DNA of 64,000 nt. Origin: Balanoglossus misakiensis (Eukaryota > Animalia > Hemichordata). A program made the position numbers and the translations under genes. Every line of letters begins with the position of its first letter. The first letter of the stretch is position 1. Below the pieces are notes generated by a model. It searched no databases. It was not told where the DNA came from and was given only the letters and a program-made list of their open reading frames with translations. The stretch is from NCBI GenBank assembly GCA_040954595.2, contig CM082578.2:13670304-13734303 (forward strand), read 5' to 3'. This document shows, in pieces, positions 45,504 to 59,263 of this stretch.

Positions 45504-48500
45504 TCAGAAGGCACCGACGTTCTTGGTGTCTCGTTGTTTGCCTCTTGTCAGCGTTCTTGCTTTGAAGGCGGCTGAGTTGTACATATGCTGTGTAAATAAA
45601 TAAACAAAACAAATGTTTACTTCTCTACTATCAATTAATCAATCAATCAAACATCAAAATTCAGACTTTTTCAAGTCTCACAATCAATCTACTGCCCATT
45701 ATCAAAATTCCACTTACCCTTTGAAATTTACTCAATTTCATCGCCTTCGAGTCTGCTAGAGTCAGAGGAGCACCTAGTTCGAAAATTTCACGAAAGAGTT
45801 CGTTCTGTTTGAGATGTAGATTCATTCCGGCACCTAGCATTTCTCTGAGGGCGCCATACTGTGTTCGTTTCACCCAGCGGTCCAGTTCTAACGTCTCGCT
45901 GCCAAACTTGATCATCTCGTATGGTAGTTCATTTTCCTGTCAGAGAAAAGGTCAGGGTAAGGGCTTGTTCAACACTTAGCCCAGTCATTGTTGTACAAGT
46001 AAAAGCAGTTATTCTGTAGTAAACTAAACTTGGAAATTCACAGGTGATTCCAGGTGATACTTATTCAAGGAAGGACAGGTAAAACATTTAATTTTGCATG
46101 CCTGAAGTACACAACCAACCTTCCTATAAAAGTGACGTAGAGACTTAAACTCACCTCCACTGTCCTGAGAACATCTCTAAAACTGGATCGCTGCTGTCTC
46201 CGATCTTTTTTGGCTCTGTATTTGTTGCTGTCAGTTGCTAGTTCTTTCAGCGTCACTTTCAAGCTTTCGATGTTGTCATCCTCGAATGACTGCAAAATAA
46301 AATTTCCAAAATGAAACTATTGGCAAAATGCACAGGCCAAATTATCATACTTCTTTTGCGACACACGCATGGAAAAAGGTTTAGTTATAATTAAAGCATT
46401 GACCAAAACTCAATCTTCAGGTAGTGAGACTAGATTCCTTACCTCGTCCTGTTCCCTCGCAAGTTCATAAAAGAGTGCAATGGCTTCACCAGAGGCTATT
46501 CTCAGATTGACATCATCGCTTCGCAGCAGTTCTGTCAGCTTGGGTAAATGCCTGTATCACATCAAATTGTGAAGAATATTGATTGTTATGATTTGTGTGG
46601 GTGAGCAATTATCTGGAAGAATGCTAGACTCGCACAGACTCGGAACGCAAGTGAAAATCATTTTCCATGCTTGTGTAAAGAAAACATTTAGAAGATGTAC
46701 TACTCACGTCTGAATCATTGCCTGTATGTGTGATTGGGGTGAAATTGAGAGGAGGAGAGTCCATGCCGACAGGGCTGCGGTGTGTATACATGTGATGTTG
46801 GGTGAATGCGATGGTGAGCTACCATCTCCTTTCAAATACGAGTCTTTGAAAACAGATTCTACCAGGTTCATGACTTCTATGACGACCTGAGAAAAGAACA
46901 GCATAAACATTACTGTCTGTAATTTGTTAACTTGCTAATAGTTATTAAATGAACCAGCACACTGTAATATCCATATGCTAGTGCTTTGCGAGATGTTAGA
47001 TACACATTTGATTATATTGAAATTTGACAAAAAATGACAAGATTTTTGAAACCCACATTTCAATACCAGAAGGACAACTGATAAATTAATAAAACTTACC
47101 AGCATGTCGCCAGCAGCTATGAAACAACACACGCAGAGAGCCATAGCGCACTGTAAGTAAACAAATTCAGATTGATAAAACGTATCCATTGTGACAGATT
47201 CTTCTGTGTAAATTTCATGAAAAAGTTGTCATGGGGATGTGCAACTTGAAACAATTCAGAAGTTGACAAGGGTGTAATCATAGCACAGATGCTGAAAACT
47301 TCAGCCTTTTTATGGGATTATTAAAAGTTAATCATGCATCACTTCAATTTAATCCAGACATATGAACAGACAATCAGTTTAGAAGAACTCCCAGCATTTG
47401 AAAGTAAAACCTTCGGCAGTGTGGGCAATTATGTTCTTCTAGACAGAAAGACATTACTTACACTAGCTCTAGCTTTTGAAGCTGCATTTTTATCGTGTAG
47501 TATTTTTGTAAAAATTGGTTTCAACTCATTGAAAACCGCCTCGCTGTCTTCACCTGCTCCAAGTTGACAACAGAGCAAGACTGCATTGACTGCAGCAATT
47601 GACTGCTCCTCACCTTTCCCTAAAAAGTCAAAGAAGAGAATAGTTTGTATAATGTGATGTTTTTCAGACTCTAGAACTCTGACAGTATTATTGTGAGATC
47701 TCTCTCACATTCAGGAAAAGTGTGAAAAATATGCTATAAAATGCCAAGACTAAGATTCTGAAAATCTTTTACATGTTGAATTTTACATATGCAAAGCTCT
47801 GGTATGCAGAGATTCCCTCTATGAGACTTACCTTTCTTGAGACATCTTTCAAAACAGTCTGTCAGCGTAGCTTTCCTTTCGTCAACAAAATCAAAGATGT
47901 ACCGCATGGAGAGAGCTTTCTTGATGCCCTCTAAACATGTCTGTCTTCCTTTTGCACTGCAAACAGTAGTAAACAGTCAAGTCAGCCAAGCAAATTCACG
48001 TTTCTGCATACAAAGTATTTTCTTTTGGTATGGAAAAGGAGCTTGATAACATGCTTTCATTGTACTGTAGAGAAGATAAGACTGGGTACCTTTTCTGTGT
48101 GGTGCCATCGATAAAATCTTTGAGTTTTTCTTCATAGTCATCGGTGATATCCATCTCTTCACCAGGCTCAGCTGCTAAGGACATCAAAATGGAACAAAGA
48201 AATGTCCAAATATGCAGACTTCAAAATGTAAATGCTGACGGTTTGTGCTGGGTAGGACCCAAGCTTTACATTATCACCTTGATTTTGATATATATAAATC
48301 AACAGAAAATCATCACAAAACAAAGGCAGTCTACCATTCTGAATGTTACCCTGTGCAAAGCAAAGGTCAAAGTTCATATGAAGCCATGCAATAACCTTAG
48401 GATTTATTTACTTTCCATTGACATGTTTCAAATGTGAAGTTTCCTGTACTCACCATCTTCTGTTGGTGGCAAGCTGTCATGATCTGACAGTCTGCTGCTG

Positions 48501-49377
48501 GCCACACTACCTCTGTCATCCATCATCTCGTCTTCACTCACATCAGTACTGTGCCGACCGGCTCCTAAAAATTACCAGAAAATACCATTTTGTCAGTCAT
48601 TAATGTAGGTAGTGTTGACTCCCGATTGTAACAACTTGCCCTCCGAATGTGAACTCCATGCATTGTCAATGTGGTTCCAAAGAAGAAATTTATGACTTAC
48701 AAATACAAGATAGATCAATATTTGTCAAAGTTCAATCATTTTTGGGGTTTGGGATGGGGGTGACAATTTGTCAGGTATAATGGGAAAGTGATAAAGTTTG
48801 GGGTAATGTTTGCCAGGGGCCAATAATATGCAGTCTGTGTCTCATAATTCAAAGTCCATGTGAATGTGAACAAGTGTATGATGCTGATGACTGATAATAG
48901 AAATGTCAAACAGATATATGATGAAATATTTCAGGTAACTGGTTTATAAATAAATTGCCTTTGAGATCGAAACCTAGGAGATCGAAGTTGACAGCGTTGC
49001 ATAGTTCACGTGCATAGCTAGTGTGTTGTGTCTCATAAACAAAGTAACATGGTGTACGTGTGATATGAGACCTTCACATCGAGATGAATGACCTCCACCG
49101 AGATTCGACCTTGGTCAGACGCCCATCGACCGGCGTTTCGATATTACAGTGCTGCTTTGGTACGTTTTGGTACGATGTGTGAGTCGACACGTCAAATACA
49201 CCATAGAAATTATATATGTAATGCAAAGGATAGTCAAACTAGGTTTCTGATCAAACAATTTAGTTACACACGCGCGCGTTCATATCAGGTCGCCATACCA
49301 GACCGTCACATATGGGAGATTACGACGAGAAATGTGAACGCACCTTTAGTCTTCTTTTTCCCTCGATTACGCGGCAT
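45504..49377 (-). CDS. IFRD1: Interferon-related developmental regulator (IFRD1/2 ortholog). 11 exons: 49377-49344, 48564-48454, 48174-48090, 47956-47832, 47619-47462, 47150-47100, 46886-46708, 46551-46443, 46289-46155, 45936-45718, 45587-45504
   Basis: Starts MPRNRGKKK. Conserved blocks DVNLRIASGEAIALFYELAR, LATDSNKYRAKKDRRQQRSSFRDVLRTVE, HLKQNELFREIFELG and C-terminal HMYNSAAFKARTLTRGKQRD. GT-AG junctions. Confidence 0.93.
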
Positions 49378-49439
49378 TTTGAGTTTTCAGCAGTCCGATC
49401 GCTTCTTTGATTACTATACTCTTTTAGCAGATACTATTT

Positions 49440-49650
49440 ACTGAACAGTCGTATACTACTCCGCCAGAAATCCTGTTGATTTGTAGAGAGTTGTGGGAAA
49501 TATAACCTCCTCCGATGATGCATTTTTTCAATTTACCCCATTACGTAGCCACGTTTGCAAATGAATGGCGCGCCAAGCGCTAAAAGCGCTTGGCGCGCCA
49601 TGGAATCACGGGATATTCTACGGGAATGTTGAGGTACAAGGTGAGTATGT
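49440..49650. promoter_or_regulatory. Bidirectional promoter between IFRD and the kinesin-14 gene, containing a perfect 17-bp inverted repeat
   Basis: CpG-rich short interval upstream of the IFRD ATG. A + strand donor AAG|gtgagt at about 49640 suggests the kinesin 5'UTR exon. Inverted repeat at 49565-49601. Confidence 0.6.
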
Positions 49651-51663
49651 TGCAATCACCAATGACGTAGTTTTCCAAATATAGACGTCATCGTCTCGAC
49701 ATTTCCACGTGCGTCTCGACTTGTTAAACTGGTTGAGGCCTGATATTGCACGGAAAACGGGAAATATCAGGATTTTTCCCAGAAATAAACAGAAGTGCGA
49801 AACAAAATAACCTATGTGCAGTTGAAGAGTTCTTCGATCGTCGGTAGCTGACAAAATAACCTGCTAATTCAGTAATTGTACTTTTCCGCTTTAGTGTTTG
49901 CCCATGTCTTCCACTAAAATATATAATTTTTTTTTATAAATTTACTATTTAGGGCTAATTAGAGACAAAGTTAGGGAAAAATATTCATGATACCATGACA
50001 TTGGCAGTCACGAGTTACATGTATTTGCTACTAGCCTATTAGTAGTTTGATTATTTCTTTTTTTTAAGTCAAGGAAATAAATAAGCTTATTTTTCATTTT
50101 CTAGCAACCGCTCGGTATTCATGTGTTTGGGGATTCTTTGGTTACATGTATTTGCGCCAATTCAATAAGTAAACACGTATTAGACAAAGGTTACTTTTGC
50201 ATAAAGACTTCATCTGATTTCAACAACTTTAAGCCAAGTTCAGTCTATGCAAATATATAAATAAATTGTCCTTGGTATTAATATAGAGTGTAAATGCTGT
50301 GCAAATTTCTAAAAACGAAACATTATCCAAATAACCCACTAATCGTAGATTCCCAGGCCCAAATTTTGTATTAAGGGGAATTTTTTCTCCCATTTTTCAC
50401 AAACGGGCGTCTCTTTTGTTGAAAAGTCATGGAAAGGGGATATCTTAAAATTTTGCGGATAGGAAAAAACATGGATGCCTACTTTTCCTGGGAATGAAAC
50501 TGCGGGGATTGAGGTGTAGAAAAAAAATCTTTGTCTGTGGTTTACTAGTATTTTCGAGTTTGACATCCTCAGTCAGTATGGTATCGCTTCAACCCCTTCT
50601 TGAAAGCCGTGTAGTGGCAAACAGTAACAGTATTTGCGCCACCACCGGTTGTTTGGTACACAATTAGACACCGGGACCGTGTCATATACTTTTTTTGCAC
50701 AAAATATGACCGATCGGCTAAGGAACTCAGCAAGCCTTGGAGTACATGTACGTATTATTAGAGTCCTGAATATATCCGACAGCTCTGTACGTCCAGCGTT
50801 CTCGTGCGTCTGATTGATGAGGTATGTCAATTACATCCGTATAACAACAGGTGTTCATTTCAGACACGCCATCGCAACCAACGCTTTGTTTCAAGACTGT
50901 TGTCACGACCATCGTGTCACGACCTTTGACCACAAAACCGGAACTCATTGTCAATGTGCGTGTATTTCCACCGTGCGATCGATAAGACAACTTCTTTCAG
51001 CTTGGAATCGGGGAAGCAAGCAGAGACTTGATGGCAGACACATTTTAAAGTGTTTTCTCGATGCTGTTTTATCGTCAACTGTTCAGGTATGTTGTTTTGA
51101 AAGATTTCCTCTTCACACTCTTGAAGTGACTGAGTATTGACTGAGTCAGAAGTCAAAACAAAAACACCTCGTTCGTCAGTTTTTCATGAGCCCAGTCGCG
51201 CTGTGCTCAGCTCGAGCTCTGTATCCAGATGTCTGTATGAACGGTATATTGATTCTGGTATATCATGTATATCTTATACGTGTACATAATATAACTTCCA
51301 TAAACTTTCCGGTAGGTAATCTCACAATAGTCAAATGCAGTACTACAATCGAAACCGCGCGTACTCGTTTATATTTATCATCCTTCTCTAATACCGTTTC
51401 TTATTTTTGTCATAATATAGGTGAAATAAAGAAATCTTATACCTGGATAAGTATATAATGAAGTCTTTGTGAATTGGAACTCCCTGATTGGAAAATTGGA
51501 AAATATAATACTGGAGCTAGTGAGAAGGAAAAATTGAAGACGATAAAACCAGTTATTTTGTTTTGTGTGAGAATGACTACACTTCTTGAAAAGTGAAACA
51601 GCGAGCATAATATTACAGTGTGCCAAAAAGAATCCGGCTAGATGCAACTTTGCGCAGGTCATC

Positions 51664-54600
51664 ATGGGGAGTGGCTCAAGCTCTGATGTTCGACCACAGA
51701 CAGGTAGATCTTCCTCCAATCAACAACAACAACAACAACAACCACAGCAACAACAACAACAACAACAACAGCAGCAACAGCAGCAGCAGCAACAACCAAT
51801 GAGTCGGAATGTTCGCCGGAAACTGGAAGCAAGGCAGAGACAGAGGGAATTTGAAGAGGTAGAATTTCAAGATGATGCAGGCTTTGGACAGGTAAATTCT
51901 AACGGCCCCACATCTTCATCTACACACGCCCCTCATCCACAGCCTGCATCCAGTTCCCGTGGAAACAAGGGATCCAGTGAGCCTAACGATGCGAGAAGTC
52001 AGTGGCAAAGGGCAGCACATACAATTAACATGCAGCAAAAGGTCATTGAGGCTTTGTCACCCGAGCAGCAAGAGGTGATTGGTTATCAATATCTGCATTC
52101 TCTGTGTTGATTGGCTATCTGTTTGCATTCTTTGCGGTGATCTGAAATCTCTTCACTGATTGGTGAATGCATGTGTTTGCATTCTCTTTGTTGATTGGTT
52201 GGCTATATCTGCATATTATGCATAATTGATTGGTTCTTTTAAGTTTCTGAGTCATACTAATACCCACCTGGCTCTTCTTCAGAAAAATTCTTCCTGTTTT
52301 ATGGCCTTTCTGCTTAATATATTGTAACGCTTGTTTCTCCTGGTAAATAATTTGCTGTTTTGAATTTTGTATGTGCTCATGAAATCTTCGAACACCATGA
52401 AATTGCAAAAGCTCATATTTCCTGCTTTTATTCATTGTCAAAGGCACAATCTCTCTATAAAAATCTTCCAAGTAACTCGGAAGAAGATGAAACAATCCTC
52501 AATATATGAGACTGGACAGTTTTCACAGACCTTCCTTATAATCCTAAATTTGTACTAACTTTTTGCATGCAGCGTCAGGATCAAATGCTTTCAATGGCTA
52601 TGCAGATGCAGGAACTTGTAAGTGTTGAAGTGTTCAATTTGTTTTTGGAGTGTCTAGACTGATCTCTACTGACTCTCATGTTAATTTTTGAAAGTCTTTA
52701 TAATCAGCATGTGTGTTGGAAATCTTATTGCATGTTGAGATTTATATTTTAACAATTAGTTTTTTCTTCAAAGAAAGAAAATTTTCAAACTGGTATCATT
52801 TTCTTGCATCCAAGGACATGAGGTGTCAGCAGTGAAATAATAATGCAGACACGAGAGAAAGTTCATGGTGCAGACAGTTTTTTGCAAAGAATAAACTACA
52901 AAAGCAATTCATTTTTTTCTGTATATGAAAAAAATGAATTGTTTCTCATGATATATAATGGAAATAGAAATTGAATGCAGCACCAGTTTTGCTCATTTTC
53001 TTACCTGAAAGCAGTGTCTTATAAACCACTGAAAAGTCCTTTTAATTCCTTAACGAGAAAGACTTTTCCTCCTAATAATTTCTATGAATTCTTGTAAAGT
53101 TACAAAAGATACAGTTGGTTAATAATCTGGGTGTCTTTCTATGGATAAATGAATTCTGTAAAAGAGTATGATAATTATGGTTGTGTGGATAACATAATTG
53201 AATTTGAAGTTAACTCAAACCATATATAATTAATTTAATGTTATTATCTTTAACCAGAAAGGAAATTGTGGTATAGATTGAATAGAAATCTCCAGGAGTC
53301 TGTATTTCACAGGTGTTATATCAAACTAATGGACAACAGAACAATTTTAATCATAGCTCAGAGCAGACAGAGTAAAGTCCATTGTGTTCAGCATTACAGA
53401 ATAAGCAGACCTTCACTAAAGCTGACAAGGAATGGCCATTGCAGATTAGTGCTCATTTGCATATTGACCTGCAGTGTTTACAAGAAATTTAGTTTCCACA
53501 ATAACATTTGTAAGGTATCCAACACATTCACCTGCAATCAATATCTGTGTACAAAAAGTAGTGACGTCATCAGAGGGAGAGAATTGAATGTGTTGAGTTC
53601 TCCTTTTTGATATATACAAGACAGTGCCCTCACCTTTTATGAGTATCTTGACCCCTTTTAATAGTAACTTGACATTTGACATTGAAAACTTGAAGGGGAT
53701 CAAATTGATTTAGACTATGCTGTGGCTTTTTTGTGCAGGATTTTAATTCTCAGTGGATTTCAGCCATCTGCATTGAAATTGTCCCAAGTTCTTCAGTTTT
53801 ATCTATCACTCTCTTGTCCTTTGTCCTCTCCAAAAAAGTATGCTTATGTTTATAATCATAATGAAATGTTGATTCAAAGGCAATTTTCCATACATGTAAC
53901 TGTATTTGGATATAATATAGAACTGCATGTTAAAAGGTTTACCTCCATAAATTGGTATAACCAAACTTTAAGTGTCTGTCAGGTCAAAGACTCGCCCAGA
54001 ATATGAATAAGGGGAACGAACGGTGACAATGGAATAGACATAACCATTGTCTCTTTTCTTGTTTAGTTGAAGACAGTGATCATTGTAGATTCAAAGGAGC
54101 TATCATCCCATCTTTTGTGAACTTACTGCCTCAGAAACAGGGGCAGGTTATGCGCGTTGCTTCTGTAATGGTGAAATTTGGATATTAAATATTGAAGCAT
54201 TTAATTGTTGATTTTTAGTATCCATGTGCGTCTGAACCCAGAGCTGTTCTTAACGCATGGGTGATATGCTTTGTGCACTCAGTTGCTATTTGTGCACAGG
54301 GGATTTGAATTCTGTAGGGGAGAAATGGAACAGAACTTAAGTTTGAATAATTTACAAACATGATGTTAAAAGAATTGCTGTAGGGATATTTGTAACTGTT
54401 GAAAGTGTTGACAGTATAACATAGCGAGAAAGTGTCATCTATAAGCTTTGTTTTGTATTTCTATATGTGTGTAGTGTGGTTCTTGTTGATAAAAATTCAA
54501 TATATCCCTTGAAAATATAATTTCGAAGATTTTTGAAGAGAAGATTTTTTTAGTATAATTCAACATTAGAAATGATATGAAAATATCCTGATATTGCTAC

Positions 54601-57600
54601 GACCACCATTTTATTACTTCCAGGGAGATGATATTGTGTTTGAGACATTCCATCACAAAAGTGGTCGCAGCTATACATGCCTGGTGCAAGGTGGACAAAG
54701 GTTCTACTTGGATTCATGGCAAACTCAGGTAGGTCTCAAAAGATGGTTTTAATTGGAATTGGGGGGGGGGGGGAGTGTGAACGTGTTTCTTGAAATGAGG
54801 AAATGGGACAAATGTTTGGTGAAATTATTGTAATTGCAAGTTTGTGTCTCTTATGGGTTACCTATTTCCCACTCAGGAATGGCAACCGTTTCCCAGAGAA
54901 TGGCTAACTCAGGGCAGCATGGAGAAAGAGGCAACCATCCATGACGAACCGGAACACAATCCCATCATCGATGACAATGATCCCGGAATGTCACAGGGTG
55001 GTGCTGGACTGGATATGGATGATGTGGAGATTGGAGGTGTAGCTGGTAACCAAGACGACAGAGCTGGGTCGATGAATCACCCAAGTAGAGGAAAACTCTT
55101 GACATATATGTTTGAGGTAAAAGCAAATATACATGTGTGTTCAAGTTTGTAAGTGAAGACAAAGAATATGATTCCAGTGTGAGTTTAGTCATAATATTAT
55201 TGCTTTGTTTCCTGTCAAACAGAATTACAAACATCATTATTTCCCTGCATGTCAAACATTGTGTGTTCATCAATACTTTCATTATTTTTTCACATAGGAA
55301 AGGAGAAACACCCATTGCTACTTTGATGAAATGTCTGGTAGTTGGATTAAGATACCCATATCATGGGAACAAAATCATGACTTTGTCAAACCACTGACCC
55401 AACAAGTCATGGTATGTATCTCTTCTTTTTTTCTGTTTACCATTCACTAAAACCAGTTCTAACTCTATCAGTCATGCTTGTCAATAATAGTGTTGTATCA
55501 CAGGTACGTGAGATGCGTTCCCCATGTTTGAGGCAACATGCAACATCTTTTCAGAATTTCTTCTCACTTTACTGTCACCTAGGAAACCTGTCCTACCTGG
55601 ACTGATAAATATGATGTCATAGCAGCCCTGAGGGCCAGTAACTATGATCTTGACGACTGCATAGCAACCTACTTCACCATCGGCGATGTAGACAGCATTG
55701 ACACAAACAGGTTGTCTGGGAAGAATGCAGAACATATCAAGCAGAGAGACGAGAAAATCAAGAAACTGGAAGAGAAGTTAGCCAAACTAGTAAGTCTTTA
55801 ATTCATGTGTGGTAGTGTCTACCAGACCACTGACTTCTAGTGAGCAAATGTCTGCTTTTAATCAGGCATGCCAAAATTTGATTCAGCAATCCAAGTAATG
55901 AATATTTATGTTATAGCTATAGCATGTGAGTTAATGGTTGATATTGCCAATCAATCAGACTGCGAAATTTCTGTGTGCCTGACAGACCATATACTGTAGA
56001 TAGTTTTCTCAAGTATCTATGGAGACATAGGGTGATTGGCATCTGGGGTAATGGTGAATGCTGACTGAAAATAATCTTATTAAATCAAAGCCTGTGTTAA
56101 TTTTCCTTTACAGAAACCCAATTATGAAGAGGCATGCAGAATAAACAAAACAATACAGAGAGAAAATGAAACATATAAAGAAGAGGTAAGGAATAGTATG
56201 TGTGCTGTTCGTGGTTGTGCGTGCAAGCGAGCGAGCGAGAGAGAGAGAGATCGATTTACATGTGCCCAACGACAAATAACACCAACACTGTCCACTTTGT
56301 CTGTTTCAGCTGCAAAAACTGAGAGAGCAAGTCTCAGAATTGGAAGTAGATGCCAAGACTGCTCATTTAAAGGTGATGTCACTACAACAGGACAGACCCA
56401 AGACAGCACGGCCAATGACAGCAAGACCCGTAAGTGACTGACAGCTTCTAGACCATATTTGATTGGCTGCCACAGTGCCAGAGTACACTGCATAATTAAT
56501 GATCACATAACTCATGAAAGGGTTTTGATGTAATTTAATGCGATCCAATAATATCATGGAATGTGAATATGTAATGTAATGAATTGAAATTGTTGAGAAA
56601 ACAACATGTAAAAGGTACATTCTTGCAAAAGAATGGTGAGGAAACAGCTGGCTTTTTCGCAAGAAAACTTGTACATTTGTATATTTTGTTGGCAAAGCAT
56701 AATAGTCAAAATAATTGGTGAATTTGACAGTGAATGTGGTTGTCTAACCTGTGTCATGATTTCACAGAAAACACCGGCCAAAGAACCAGAGCCTGAACCA
56801 GTACCAGCAGGACCTGTCATTGATGAAGAAACATTGAAAGCTGTTGATGTTGGTGCCAAGGAACTGGATAAGATGAACATGAACTTGAAGAATCTTGTAC
56901 AACGTGGCTTTGCTGGTAAGATGAGGCACAATTAGTATATGGACTCATTATTGTATCTCCACGAATGCTGTTATATTGTTACTTTAACGAAATCACTTTT
57001 GGATACATGTTATATCATAATACAGCACTAGGACAATTTCTGTGTTTTTTCTTTGTCTACAGATTTATCAAACCTAGCCCAGCAGGCCATAACAGGGCTT
57101 TCCAAGTTGAAAAACATGGATAGCAGCACGTCAACAGAGTTGGATGAATTACGAGTACTGTATAGAAAAGAATGTCTGCAAAGAAAGCTGCTTTATAACA
57201 AGGTGAGTCGATGTTGATCAACGTATTTTGAACTGGGTCTTTATATCTATAGTACTGTGATTATTGTAACTGTTTTTTGTTGTTAAACTGGACTGGAGTT
57301 TAGTCTGAACATTTCTTTTTTTAATGATTTCAGATTCAAGAATTACGTGGTAACATTCGAGTATTTTGTCGTTGTCGTCGGGACGACAGAGTTCAGTGTG
57401 CTTTGGATTTCCCATCCGATCATGAACTGATGTGTCAGAACCCGGCAGGTGGAATCAAGAAATATAAGTTTGACAAAGTGTTTACACCAATGTCAACACA
57501 AGATGAGGTGAGCTTCAGTATAACCTAATGTAAATCGGTCACCCATAAACATAAGCTGACCACCAGGTTTGGATTTGACTAAAAACAGAGCAGTTAGTCA

Positions 57601-59263
57601 AATGAAGTTGGCTATGAGTTATTGCTTTAGGGTCAAAATCTACTAGTTACAGTGCATCTAAAGATATATAAACTATTATTTTTTAAGATTGGTTAGTATG
57701 CTTTGGTCAGTTGTTATGAACATTTAAGTGCCATGATAAATTCTTGAAATTTCCATCTCCTCTTATAATGCAACACAGGTATTTGATGAAGTTGTGCCAA
57801 TTATCACATCATGCGTGGACGGCTATAATGTGTGTCTGATGGCCTATGGGCAGACTGGATCTGGCAAAACTTTCACCATGATGGGACCGCCTGAACATCC
57901 TGGAGTCAACATCCGAGCTGTGACTGAATTGCTCAGGATCTGTGAAGAGAGACAGAAAATCAATTATAAACTCACAGTAAGTGAACATTCAATCTTGTTC
58001 GTTTCTCAGTCTTCACACTGATTATCTGTGGCTTGGCTTGAAGTTACTGCTTGGTGTAAAAAAAATTTGTTCATCGGTTCTCAACTTCATCATGCAGGTA
58101 TCATTAATGGAAGTATACAATGAAAATTTGAAAGATTTACTGACATCCAAAGGAAGCCCATCTCTGGACATCAAAATGAATGGGAAGAAGCTTGTGGTGC
58201 AAGGTTTGACCGAGGTCGTGGTGAGGTCGGTCCCGGATATCAAAGAAGTGATGGCAAAGGGAGATGAGAATAGATCAGTGGCAGCTACGAAAATGAATTC
58301 CACCAGTTCACGCTCTCATCTGTTGTTGATAATTCAACTGGAGGGCGTTGACAAAGTTTCAAATGCGACCAGCTACGGGTCACTGACACTGGTTGACCTG
58401 GCAGGCTCTGAAAGAATCGCCAAAACCGGAGCCACAGGTCAAACACTTGTGGAAGCTGCTGCCATTAACAAGTCGTTGACTTCACTTGGCCAGGTGAGAA
58501 TGTGTTTATCGCCCTCTATATATTCATCATAGTTTTTCTCATTATGTACATAGATAACCAAAGAGGTTTGTAAAAGTATGAGAGTGCAGACAATTATGTC
58601 AAACCATTTTCATAGTGGTAAACCGGTCAACTTACATATCTTGTGGATGTTTTTATTTTCCAGGTGTTCTCATCACTGCGTAGCAATTCATTGCATATAC
58701 CCTACAGGAATTCCAAGCTGACCCATTTACTTCAGCCATCCCTTGGTGGTGATGCGAAGGTATGTAATGTGTTAGGGTATGTTCAGGGGGTTTGAACATT
58801 AGTGTGTGTTCATGTTATAAAGAATCTTGGACATATCTGTGGTTGTGTTGTATATGTGTCATGTGCAGCATTATGTAATCTTAGCTTTCTAATGATGGGG
58901 TAATGTGATTGATGTATGGTACAAACAAATTCTGTTAATGGAACCTCGTTTTGTCCCAGTCCTGTGCATTTTGATCTCTCTCACAGAGATTTGATATACC
59001 AATGGAGTATAAATAAAATTTAGCATTTACCTTGATTTTGAGGTTCTTTTATGAACTGTTTTGCAAGGCACATTGCAGAAGTATATTCTTGGTATTGAAC
59101 ATTGCTTAATCATTCACTATTTTCTTTCTTTACACAGGCTGCACTGTTTGTTAATGTAAGTCCAGATGCTGACAATCTGAGTGAAACCATCAGTACATTG
59201 ACGTTTGGTTCCAATGCCAAACAGGTCGCACTTGGGAAAGCCTCCCAGAATGTCAAGAAGTAA
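51664..59263 (+). CDS. Kinesin-14 family C-terminal motor (KIFC3/KIF25-like). Motor exons 57334-57507, 57779-57976, 58098-58493, 58664-58759, 59138-59263; N-terminal exons approximately 51664-52074, 52573-52617, 54067-54147, 54624-54728, 54877-55116, 55583-55789, 56114-56185, 56310-56429, 56768-56915, 57063-57202
   Basis: Neck [21 protein letters not shown]-loop GQTGSGKT, switch I NSTSSRSH, switch II DLAGSE, and [19 protein letters not shown], with the motor at the C-terminus. The N-terminal exons are less certain than the motor exons. Confidence 0.9.
51721..51796 (+). repeat. (CAA/CAG)n coding repeat encoding polyglutamine in kinesin exon 1
   Basis: Translates to [25 protein letters not shown]. 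Confidence 0.9.

Noticed and set aside
45393-45506. SECIS or selenocysteine readthrough at the IFRD TGA stop
   Set aside because: The hairpin lacks the AUGA/GA quartet and apical AA on the mRNA strand, and the protein ends at the normal IFRD C-terminus.
50180-51490. Possible transposon remnant in the first kinesin intron (short CpG-richer ORFs at 50573-51156; 13/14 inverted match cataaagacttcat / atgaagtctttgtg)
   Set aside because: No transposase or reverse transcriptase motif recognised, the inverted match does not extend, and no target-site duplication was found. Needs a RepeatMasker/Dfam search.
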